Of a DNA stretch of 10,706 bases, positions 1-7,128 are shown in pieces. Made by a program: the position numbers and the translations under genes. The notes below the pieces were generated by a model that did no database searches, was not told the DNA's origin, and saw nothing but the letters and a program-made list of their open reading frames with translations. Each line of letters opens with the position of its first letter. Position 1 is the stretch's first letter. Location: contig JARVGK010000052.1 in the NCBI GenBank assembly GCA_029762535.1, positions 1-10,706 of the forward strand, read 5' to 3'. This stretch comes from Thermoplasmatota archaeon. GTDB lineage: Archaea; Thermoplasmatota; Penumbrarchaeia; Penumbrarchaeales; Penumbrarchaeaceae.

Positions 1-1
1 A

Positions 2-526
2 ACAGATGACGGTCCGATCCCCGCCCCTCAGATGATTGCCGGAACGGCCGGAGTGGATCCCGCCGACGTAGATATCAATACTGGAGCAATCCATTGAATC
101 AATCCATTCATCGACCTGGGCGAAGGTTATGTTTCCGTCCTCGAACCTGAAATACGTTCCATTCGCAAAAGGGGGAAGATGGTCAGATATGTACAATATC
201 ACACGGTCATTACCGGTGCTCCACGATTTGATATCAAGAAAGCTATCCTCCACATTACCGATGGTCGGGATCCCGTCAGAACCCGAGGTGTTCACATAAG
301 CGCTCAGGAATATGATATCATCAGGATCCGATCCGCTTCCCACAAGATGATCGTAGAGATCCGATGCCTTCTCATCCTCGATCAGGATGGGATCGAACGA
401 TGACACGATGATGAGGGCATACTCGTACGATGCCTCGGACCCATCAACCTGACAGGGAAGATGACTCAGAAGCAGTATTATGGAAAGCGATGATATGATG
501 GCATGCTCCAATCCTTTTTCGAACAT
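2..526 (-). CDS. Secreted caspase/legumain-like (clan CD, C13/C14-fold) protein, probably catalytically inactive; 3'-truncated by window edge
   Basis: Not in the ORF track because it runs off the edge. Manual translation from ATG 526 is open for 175 codons: MFEKGLEHAIISSLSIILLLSHLPCQVDGSEASYEYALIIVSS...LYDHLVGSGSDPDDIIFL...PTIGNVEDSF...DRVILYISDHL...IDIYVGGIHSG...DRTVIC. It has a hydrophobic signal peptide-like N-terminus. Motif order matches the caspase-hemoglobinase fold (YALII; T..NV; D.V.LY.SDH; x[C]HSG). TATA box about 24 nt upstream. Confidence 0.75.
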   Translation of the reverse strand, partial: MFEKGLEHAIISSLSIILLLSHLPCQVDGSEASYEYALIIVSSFDPILIEDEKASDLYDHLVGSGSDPDDIIFLSAYVNTSGSDGIPTIGNVEDSFLDIKSWSTGNDRVILYISDHLPPFANGTYFRFEDGNITFAQVDEWIDSMDCSSIDIYVGGIHSGRSGNHLRGGDRTVIC

Positions 527-549
527 GCCCGATATACAATGGTCTTCTC

Positions 550-557
550 TATATTAA
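550..557 (-). promoter_or_regulatory. Archaeal TATA box (TTAATATA) for a probably leaderless transcript starting near ATG 526
   Basis: TTAATATA on the minus strand ends about 24 nt upstream of the ATG, and no Shine-Dalgarno precedes the ATG. Confidence 0.55.
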
Positions 558-585
558 GACATTGCTCGAAAACAACGTTTTTTTT

Positions 586-1911
586 TCAGTGTAAAAACCT
601 TTCGGTGGATACATCGATGCCGTATCCCTTCGCCCTCTCCGCGAAGACCTCCTTCCATCTCTTCCGGAGATACGGTCCCGGCAGAGGATAGGCCATGCTT
701 ATGCTCGATGCCATATCCTCCAGTGCTTTCTCCCTATTCCCAGCGGCAAGATGATAGAGAGCCATGTTGAAATAGGTTCCCGACAATCCGTAGAGATCCC
801 CTATCCCCTCGAAATAATCGATGGCGTCTTTTAAGATGGCATTTGCTTTTTCGAGTTCGTTCTTTAGTATAAATACATCGGCCATGTTCACCATGATATA
901 ATATCTCAAGTAGAGACATTTTGCCTCGCTGCACTCGGAAAGGGCCTTGCTGAAGTAGTATTCAGCGTCCTTCACCTTGTTCACGTTGAAATAATGATAA
1001 CCGAGCAGGGTGTTGCAATGGGCCTGCAGGGCGGAGTAACCCATCCTTTTGAAGATCTTCGAGGCACCCTTTATCTTCGATGCCCCTTCATCCCCCCTGC
1101 CGCTCTGCATCAGGAAGATCCCGAGGACCATGTTCAGATACGTGTTCTGGGCATTGTTGTTCATATCGTCTATGAGGGAGTTTATCATATCAATGCCCAC
1201 ATCCACGTTCCCCGACAGCCGCTCAATATGAGCTAGTCCGATCCTGGAGAGGATGATAACGCTCCGGTTCGGATCCCTTCTTGATATGAGTCGGTCATAT
1301 GTCTCCCGCGCCTGAACGAACCTTCCCGATTTCAGGTCCAGATCCGCGCGCACGAGCTCGGCCGTGACATCGCCTCTTTTTTTCGGATTCGGCCCGTAGA
1401 GCGTATGATCCAGAAGCGCTTCGTAGAGCGAGGACGTGTCGATGTCCCAGGGCTCGAGTTTCGCGCACTCGAACAACCTGAGCGGCTCGACGCCCCTCAT
1501 CCTTGATATCTCGAAGAACCGGGTGACATCGATACTGACCCCGGCCGATATCAATTCCATCAACAGGACCCTGTCCTTCACATCCCCGATCCCATCCAGC
1601 ACCTTGGACATAGAGGCGGGTGACGGGATATTGTGTACGTCCGGTTCGAGGATCATCTCATCCAACTGCCTCAAGAACTGCTCATAGCGTTCACATCCCT
1701 TTGGAGCGATCGTTACACTGGCACCATCATGGGACAGGGATATCAGACCCGAGCGGCACATCTCGAACAGGATCGATTGGGCCCTATTCTTCGTCCAACC
1801 GAAGATGCTCTTGACGTCCTTGAAGTACCGGTCATCTAAATGAAGACCATCCTCCTTGCAACATGTGAAGAGCATATAGAGCATCCGATTCTTTTGAGTG
1901 CCTACTTTCAT
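586..1911 (-). CDS. Winged-helix DNA-binding domain + tetratricopeptide-repeat protein (putative transcriptional regulator)
   Basis: The N-terminal ~75 aa look like a wHTH (..RAQSILFEMCRSGLISL..VTIAPKG, MarR-like wing). The C-terminal ~250 aa carry helical TPR-like repeats (G.F..A...Y; LG..Y....K..DA..YF.KAL; NMA.V........KA...L..A; YFNMA.Y....GN..KA). ATG 1911 has GGGAG upstream; the ORF track uses TTG 1914. Confidence 0.8.
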   Translation of the reverse strand: MKVGTQKNRMLYMLFTCCKEDGLHLDDRYFKDVKSIFGWTKNRAQSILFEMCRSGLISLSHDGASVTIAPKGCERYEQFLRQLDEMILEPDVHNIPSPASMSKVLDGIGDVKDRVLLMELISAGVSIDVTRFFEISRMRGVEPLRLFECAKLEPWDIDTSSLYEALLDHTLYGPNPKKRGDVTAELVRADLDLKSGRFVQARETYDRLISRRDPNRSVIILSRIGLAHIERLSGNVDVGIDMINSLIDDMNNNAQNTYLNMVLGIFLMQSGRGDEGASKIKGASKIFKRMGYSALQAHCNTLLGYHYFNVNKVKDAEYYFSKALSECSEAKCLYLRYYIMVNMADVFILKNELEKANAILKDAIDYFEGIGDLYGLSGTYFNMALYHLAAGNREKALEDMASSISMAYPLPGPYLRKRWKEVFAERAKGYGIDVSTERFLH

Positions 1912-1943
1912 CAATACTCCCGCAAGTACTATGACGGTCTGAT

Positions 1944-1958
1944 TATTTATACCCTTTT
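1944..1958 (-). promoter_or_regulatory. BRE + TATA (AAAAGGG-TATAAATA) of the wHTH-TPR gene
   Basis: Canonical TATAAATA at 1951-1944 on the minus strand, preceded by a purine-rich BRE and about 33 nt upstream of the ATG. Confidence 0.65.
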
Positions 1959-1977
1959 GATGGGCATATGGCCCATC
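1959..1977. repeat. Inverted repeat GATGGGC-ATATG-GCCCATC abutting the BRE (operator or hairpin)
   Basis: Perfect 7-bp arms with a 5-nt spacer, seen directly. Confidence 0.5.
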
Positions 1978-2100
1978 TCGCCCCCAGGATCCCGATGAGG
2001 GTCAGGATCGGTCCAAGGCAGCAGCATGAGGAGCAGAGCAGTTCGAGGACGATGGCGACGAAGGCTGGGGGATCCACTTGGCCGCCCGATCCATGGGAGG

Positions 2101-2116
2101 ATAGGCGGGGGCCTAT
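2101..2116. repeat. Short hairpin ATAGGC-GGGG-GCCTAT downstream of the small antitoxin-like gene (possible terminator element)
   Basis: 6-bp inverted repeat about 25 nt after the stop at 2142. There is no U-tract, so terminator function is uncertain. Confidence 0.3.
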
Positions 2117-2141
2117 ATCGTTCTCGAAGCGAACACTGATA

Positions 2142-2279
2142 TCATTTGCGGAAGAGATGAGCGTATTTCCTTCTGATCCTTTGCAGTTCTTTCTTCTCCC
2201 GGATGATATTGTTATGATACTCTTCAGAAAGCTGTGTCCTTACCTTCCTCATGAAGGCGACCGAGTCAAAATCCTTCAT
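2142..2279 (-). CDS. 45-aa basic small protein, putative antitoxin partner of the upstream PIN gene
   Basis: MKDFDSVAFMRKVRTQLSEEYHNNIIREKKELQRIRRKYAHLFRK*. Strong GGAGGT RBS (2290-2285), and the start overlaps the 3' end of the PIN remnant. From memory it resembles the 'FDAV..MR.IR..LS.EY' small proteins found downstream of YxDTSVIGG-type PIN genes. Below the ORF-track size cut-off. Confidence 0.7.
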   Translation of the reverse strand: MKDFDSVAFMRKVRTQLSEEYHNNIIREKKELQRIRRKYAHLFRK

Positions 2280-2443
2280 CCAGAACCTCCATAGGTGTCC
2301 TTATCTCTATCATTGGATAACCGTTTTCAAATGAATTTCACACCATTTTGGAATTCTTCAAATAACTTGGCTGTAGGATCGGAGAATTCCTTATCGAGGT
2401 ATCCTCCAATAACAGAGGTGTCCACGTATACCCTGGACTTCAT
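2266..2443 (-). pseudogene. PIN-domain (VapC-like) toxin pseudogene with a large internal deletion and frameshift
   Basis: 2443-2327 encodes MKSRVYVDTSVIGGYLDKEFSDPTAKLFEEFQNGVKFI* (PIN N-terminal strand with the first catalytic Asp, VYVDTSV). 2328-2266, in another frame, encodes ENGYPMIEIRTPMEVLDEGF*, the typical C-terminal GY..IEIR.P.EV tail of this PIN subfamily. The central part is missing. Confidence 0.8.
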
Positions 2444-2464
2444 GAACATGCATGCGTTTATCGG

Positions 2465-2480
2465 ATTAAAAAGACTTTTG
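2465..2480 (-). promoter_or_regulatory. BRE/TATA (CAAAAGTC-TTTTTAAT) for the PIN-antitoxin cassette
   Basis: Box ends about 22 nt upstream of ATG 2443, consistent with a leaderless transcript. Confidence 0.45.
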
Positions 2481-2626
2481 TTCATAACAAATGGCGGGAT
2501 AGCGGATTAATGAACGGTCCGACCAAGAGTTACCTCATGTAAACTGACCGGATACTGTGTTGTTTTCTATATGGTTTTATTTTACGGACCTTCGCCCCGA
2601 GATCGCCCCTCACCGGAAGATCCATC

Positions 2627-5080
2627 TCACCCCGAGGATCGCTCTCTTATGACGTTCGCGATGTTTATCTTCGAGATGTACCTGATCGTCAGGAACGATA
2701 CCAATACCGTCACGCCGATCATCATCAGGGATCCCACCAGGAATCCGATCCAGGTGAAGGCCACCTCCATGTTCATCGCCTCCCATTCGTCCGCCACCGA
2801 GAACATGTAATAGGCAAGGCCCATACCTCCCAGGGCTCCCAACGGGATCCCTATCGCAAGTACCAATCCCGACTCGATGAATATCAGATAACCTATCCTC
2901 TTGAGGGAGGTCCCCAGCGTCTTCATCGTCGCGTATTCCCTTCTCTTCTCGTGAGCGTCTATCATGAACAGATTGTAAACTATCGCCATGGAAAGGATCG
3001 TGCTGACCAGGCCCATGATGTATACTGTCACGACGAATATCTCGAAGTACTGCTCGAGGATGTTGTCCCGGTCCTCAACGTGCAGCACGGATGTCACCCC
3101 GGGCGTGGTCACCATGGCGTTCTGAAGCCGGGGCACGGGCCTTCCCCCATCCACCTTGAGATAAACGATATTCGCAAGGCCGTGAAGGTTCGATATGTCC
3201 TGGACCGCTGTGATATCGGTGAAGATGTAGAATCCTATCATGTTCGAATGTATGCCCGATACGTTCATGACCATCCTCCTCATCGAGAAACCAGAGGCCG
3301 GGTCCAGAAACGGCAGCTCTATCTCTGCCTCGCCTCCGGTGTGCCATCCAAACTTCTCGGCCATGTACCTGGATATGACGATCTCACCGGGCCTCAAACC
3401 CCCGCTGTTGTATTCAAGGTCGAACGCAGCCTCCACATCCGAAAGGGCATAGACCATGCAGAACAGCTCCTCATCGGCTTTCAGCACCCTTGTCGGGAGC
3501 ATGATCCCCGGATTCACCGACTCTATCTCGGGGTGGTCCAGCTCCCATTTCGATGTGACGTTCGCGAAAACGAAACCTTCCAGGGCGATCTCGTAATCCC
3601 ATCTCGTGTGCGCCGTCTCATTATCCAGCATGACCACGATGGAGTTCATCGCGATCATGAAGCCCAAAAAGAGAGCGAGGGAGAGGGCGACCCCGATCAC
3701 CGTCGTGGCGGTCCTTGCGGGCTTGCGAAGGAAGTTCCGCACAGTCAATTTGACGGGGACCGGAAGCTTCGACCTCTTTCCTATCCTCGTCGCTATCCTC
3801 CCGGCGGACCTCCTCGAGATCCCCTCCCGGCTCTGAATGGCATCTACCGGCTTGATCCTCAGTGCGAACCACGCCGGGACGATCGTGGATGAGAGGCAAA
3901 TTACGATGCCTATCGCCGATGCGATCAGATACTGATGATATGCCAGGCTGGTCTCGACTATGGCGAATCCCAACAGGCTTGTGATCATAGATACGAAGGC
4001 CATCCTCAGAGGGATCGATAGAAGCAATCCTGCTATGACCCCCAAAATGGCTATTAGCAGCCCGATGATCAGAAAATAGGTAAGGATCACCCTGTTGGGC
4101 ACACCCAGGGACTTGAAGATCCCGATCTGGGTCCTGTGGGTCCTTATCATCCTCCTGAGGGTCATCACCAGCCCGAAACCTGAGATGGTGAATATTATCA
4201 AAGGGAACGTCGCCGTGTTCTGCTTGTCGTTCTCCAGATCGTCGTAATGGAACCTTCTGGCGGGGTTCTCCTCCTTCCCTATTGGCTTGACTATGACCCC
4301 GGCCTTGGCGAACTCGGATCGGGCGAGCTCCTTGAACTCCTCCACTTGTGAGGGGTCTTTCAGAAGGATGGCGATGTCGTTGTACATCGGCTCATCCATA
4401 CCGGAGTGGACCTTCATTGCCGTATCGATCGGGACCATGACCACCCCCAGTGATCTTTCCGAAGGCATCATATTACCCTCGGTCACCACCCAGAAGTACT
4501 CGGGGATATTGGCATGCTCCAAAACATCCAAACTGATCTCCCCGGAACCCCTGATGATCCCAATGGAGTCTCCGGAATCGATATCGTAGGCCTTTGCGAA
4601 ATTATGCTCGATGAAGCATTCCTCCGAGAACGGGCCGGCGAAGTTGGGCGGATCGTCGACGTAATATAAGGGCCTGTTCACCGATAATTCCCTTCTCGAT
4701 CCATCCTCGTCGAAGAGATCGTATCCCATCATCAGACCCCTGGTCACCTTGGGCTCGTTGACCGAAGTATGGTTGATGAAAACGTCGAAGGTGAGCCTGT
4801 ACTCCTTCACGCTTATCATCCCGGAGAGGTTATCGGAATCAAAGATGGCGTCCAAAGTTGTAGCGTTGAGGGCCTGGCCGTATTCTATCATCACCTGAAC
4901 GTCCATGAACAGGCTCGCCTCGTAAATGGCATCCAGAGAGGCTTCGCGGGATTCGGCCATGTCGTACAGTGAGCCGTAGGACGCTATGCCAAGACCGAGG
5001 ACCAGCACCAGGAAGAAATACTGGACCTTGTGGGCCCAGATCTCCCTGACCCCTTTCTTCAGGAAGGTTGTCCTCATCAT
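2627..5080 (-). CDS. ABC transporter permease, MacB/FtsX/LolE (type VII) family, duplicated architecture
   Basis: About 817 aa with two TM + extracytoplasmic domain + 3-TM units. FtsX motifs HRTQIGIFKSLG and EKRREYATMKTLG; C-terminal signatures ALRIKPVDAI and ISKINIANVIRE. Likely start ATG 5080 (TGATG overlap with the ATPase stop); the ORF track starts at GTG 5086. Confidence 0.93.
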   Translation of the reverse strand: MMRTTFLKKGVREIWAHKVQYFFLVLVLGLGIASYGSLYDMAESREASLDAIYEASLFMDVQVMIEYGQALNATTLDAIFDSDNLSGMISVKEYRLTFDVFINHTSVNEPKVTRGLMMGYDLFDEDGSRRELSVNRPLYYVDDPPNFAGPFSEECFIEHNFAKAYDIDSGDSIGIIRGSGEISLDVLEHANIPEYFWVVTEGNMMPSERSLGVVMVPIDTAMKVHSGMDEPMYNDIAILLKDPSQVEEFKELARSEFAKAGVIVKPIGKEENPARRFHYDDLENDKQNTATFPLIIFTISGFGLVMTLRRMIRTHRTQIGIFKSLGVPNRVILTYFLIIGLLIAILGVIAGLLLSIPLRMAFVSMITSLLGFAIVETSLAYHQYLIASAIGIVICLSSTIVPAWFALRIKPVDAIQSREGISRRSAGRIATRIGKRSKLPVPVKLTVRNFLRKPARTATTVIGVALSLALFLGFMIAMNSIVVMLDNETAHTRWDYEIALEGFVFANVTSKWELDHPEIESVNPGIMLPTRVLKADEELFCMVYALSDVEAAFDLEYNSGGLRPGEIVISRYMAEKFGWHTGGEAEIELPFLDPASGFSMRRMVMNVSGIHSNMIGFYIFTDITAVQDISNLHGLANIVYLKVDGGRPVPRLQNAMVTTPGVTSVLHVEDRDNILEQYFEIFVVTVYIMGLVSTILSMAIVYNLFMIDAHEKRREYATMKTLGTSLKRIGYLIFIESGLVLAIGIPLGALGGMGLAYYMFSVADEWEAMNMEVAFTWIGFLVGSLMMIGVTVLVSFLTIRYISKINIANVIRERSSG

Positions 5081-5808
5081 CACCACTCCAGCTTGGTCAC
5101 GTCCTCGGGATCATCGTTCCTCTCCTCCTTCACTATCCTGCCGTCGCGGAGGTAGAGCACCTTGTGGCCGATCTTGGCCAGCTCCTTGTTGTGGGTGACT
5201 ATCATGACGGCCCTTCCGTCATTCGCTACGGATGTCAGGAGCTTCAGGATCTTCTTGCCTGTCGTGTAATCCAGCTCGCCGGTGGGCTCGTCAGCAAGTA
5301 GGATCAGGGGCTCCTTGGCCAAGGCGCGGGCTATGGATACTCTCTGCTGCTCTCCCCCTGAGAGCTGGAATGGATAATGATCGCCCCTATCGCCCAGACC
5401 GACCTTCTCCAGATAGCCCTGGGCCCTTTCATGGGCATCCTTTGAAGGCATATCCATGACGTACTCGAGGACGAACTCCACGTTCTCACTTGCCGTGAGG
5501 TTCGGGATCAGGTTGAAGAACTGGAAGACGAAACCTATGTTCCTCTGCCTGTACATTGTCAGCTGCTTTTGGTTGAGGTTCTGTATCTGCTTCCCGTTCA
5601 CGGTTATGGTTCCTTTCGTCGGGCTGTCTATGCCCCCTATCTGGTTCAAAAGAGTGGTCTTACCACAGCCCGATGGCCCCAGGATTATCGTCACCTGATT
5701 CGATCGGACCGACAGGTTCAGGTCCCTGAGGGCGTGCACGGTCACCTCTCCCATACGATAGCTCTTCGACATCCCCTTGATATCTATCAAAGTCCTCTCT
5801 CTCATCAT
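5080..5808 (-). CDS. ABC transporter ATP-binding protein (LolD/MacB-like)
   Basis: Walker [10 protein letters not shown]-loop GFVFQFFNL, signature LSGGEQQRV, Walker [11 protein letters not shown]-loop VTHN. GGAGGTG RBS at 5817-5811; ATGA overlap with the TetR stop. Confidence 0.97.
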   Translation of the reverse strand: MMRERTLIDIKGMSKSYRMGEVTVHALRDLNLSVRSNQVTIILGPSGCGKTTLLNQIGGIDSPTKGTITVNGKQIQNLNQKQLTMYRQRNIGFVFQFFNLIPNLTASENVEFVLEYVMDMPSKDAHERAQGYLEKVGLGDRGDHYPFQLSGGEQQRVSIARALAKEPLILLADEPTGELDYTTGKKILKLLTSVANDGRAVMIVTHNKELAKIGHKVLYLRDGRIVKEERNDDPEDVTKLEW

Positions 5809-6440
5809 CTCACCTCCATGCCCAACAGTTTCTTTTTAAGCAGTCCCTTCTCCGCTCCGAGAAGCCTCTCCATGATCCCGAAGGCCGTCTCCATCCTCCC
5901 CTTGTCAAGAGGGGCGTCTATACCGGACCTCCTCTTGGCCTCGCCAATGTATGCCATGGCGCCAAGCAGTGCCATGGAGGTCATCTCAGGGTCATCGACA
6001 TTAAACGTCCCGTCATCTCTCCCTTCCTCAATGATGTCCTTGAAATGTCCAACGAGGAATGGGTTCATCCTTTTTTCCAGCTTCCAGTGCAGGAGGACGT
6101 TCCTATCCTCGTGGATGAGATCGACAAGCTTCTCCCTTCCGGCCGAGATCCTGTTGAAGAGATCCATGATCAGTATCAGCTTCATCGAGGGACCGATCGC
6201 TTGATCCTTCACGATCCGGGATATTCCCTCCTCGATCTCCTTGTAGATTTCCTCGATTATCGCGTCGAGGATCTCCTCCTTGGACCGGAAGTAATGATAG
6301 AACGTCCCCTTGGCGATCCCCACCTCCTCGATAATCCTCTCGACCGGCGTCTCGTCGTATCCGTTCTCCGAGAAGAGCCTCTCTGAAGCGAGGACGATCT
6401 CCTTCATCCTGACATCGTGTTCCTTGACGATCCGGGCCAT
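5805..6440 (-). CDS. TetR/AcrR family transcriptional regulator
   Basis: HTH motif LFSENGYDETPVERIIEEVGIAKGTFYHYFRSKEEIL. Likely start ATG 6440 (MARIVKE) with GAGGTG RBS at 6455-6450; the ORF track uses GTG 6452. Confidence 0.95.
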   Translation of the reverse strand: MARIVKEHDVRMKEIVLASERLFSENGYDETPVERIIEEVGIAKGTFYHYFRSKEEILDAIIEEIYKEIEEGISRIVKDQAIGPSMKLILIMDLFNRISAGREKLVDLIHEDRNVLLHWKLEKRMNPFLVGHFKDIIEEGRDDGTFNVDDPEMTSMALLGAMAYIGEAKRRSGIDAPLDKGRMETAFGIMERLLGAEKGLLKKKLLGMEVR

Positions 6441-6468
6441 GGACCAAAGCACCTCGGGTCGATTTCCT

Positions 6469-6486
6469 ACCGACCGACCGTCGGTC
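6469..6486. promoter_or_regulatory. Putative TetR operator: GACCGAC-C-GTCGGTC (6472-6486), overlapping ACCGAC-N5-GTCGGT (6469-6485)
   Basis: Perfect 7-bp inverted repeat directly downstream of a BRE/TATA-like CCAAAG-TTATTA (~6498-6488, minus) and upstream of the tetR RBS, the classic autorepression position. Confidence 0.7.
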
Positions 6487-6539
6487 TAATAACTTTGGGC
6501 GTATTAATAGATGTAATGGGACATCCCGGGGACCTCTCT

Positions 6540-6980
6540 TCAGGTGATAAGTACCGCGGATTCCTTGATGGTGTTAAGGATCAGCTTCGTCTCCGTCCTC
6601 TCCACGAAGTCGAAGGTCTGCAGCTTCTTGATGAAATTGTCGAGGTAGGACCTGGACCTGAACCTTGCTATCACGGTGGCGTCGGAGGGGCCGGTGTTGT
6701 CGAATACGAACTGAACGTTTGGGTCCTTCGCGATCTTCTTCTCTATCTGCTGCAGCTTGCCCTTGGCCACGCGCACATCGATGATCACATGAATGTCCAG
6801 GCCGAGCTTGTCATGATCTATGTCGAGAGTGTAACCTCGTATTATGCCGGATCCCTCCATGGCCTTCACCCGGTTCATCACCGTCGTGGGCGATGCCCCG
6901 ACGGTCCTTGCGATCTCTCTGTAGGACGATCTCGAGTCCTTCGCCAGAGCGGATAGTATCTTCGAATCCAGTCGATCCAT
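6540..6980 (-). CDS. Lrp/AsnC (FFRP) family transcriptional regulator, 146 aa
   Basis: MDRLDSKILSALAKDSRSSYREIARTVGASPTTVMNRVKAMEGSGIIRGY is the AsnC HTH, followed by a C-terminal RAM domain with the TGPSD (TG.YD-like) motif. True start is ATG 6980; the 283-aa ORF-track extension is antisense to glnA and spurious. Confidence 0.95.
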   Translation of the reverse strand: MDRLDSKILSALAKDSRSSYREIARTVGASPTTVMNRVKAMEGSGIIRGYTLDIDHDKLGLDIHVIIDVRVAKGKLQQIEKKIAKDPNVQFVFDNTGPSDATVIARFRSRSYLDNFIKKLQTFDFVERTETKLILNTIKESAVLIT

Positions 6981-7026
6981 GGACACTGTATATGCGTCCA
7001 GACTACTTCTTATTTTCGCATGTGTA

Positions 7027-7042
7027 TTGGACATATGTCCAA
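7027..7042. promoter_or_regulatory. Perfect 16-bp palindrome TTGGACATATGTCCAA in the lrp/glnA divergent promoter region
   Basis: Seen directly, about 45 nt upstream of the glnA TATA. A related TGGAC-N11-GTCCA lies at 6980-7000. Confidence 0.6.
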
Positions 7043-7085
7043 ATTGTAATGAAAATATATTATAATGTAAATAATATTTCGGCAG

Positions 7086-7096
7086 TATATTAAATA
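7086..7096 (+). promoter_or_regulatory. TATA box (TATATTAAATA) of glnA
   Basis: AT-rich box about 33 nt upstream of ATG 7129, with an RBS-like GGGGT at 7118-7122. Confidence 0.5.
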
Positions 7097-7128
7097 TTTG
7101 TTCGTAATTCAGGGTTTGGGGTAAACAT

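Noticed and set aside
179-691. Plus-strand ORFs 179-403 and 503-691
   Set aside because: Antisense to the caspase-fold and TPR genes.
1968-2510. Plus-strand ORFs 1968-2294 and 2295-2510
   Set aside because: No recognisable motifs; the minus strand carries the PIN remnant and the RBS-supported 45-aa gene.
2951-3892. 313-aa plus-strand ORF
   Set aside because: Antisense shadow of the well-supported ABC permease; His/Arg/Asp-rich composition with no motifs.
5569-6956. Plus-strand ORFs 5569-6204, 6045-6386 and 6417-6956
   Set aside because: Antisense to the ATPase, TetR and Lrp genes.
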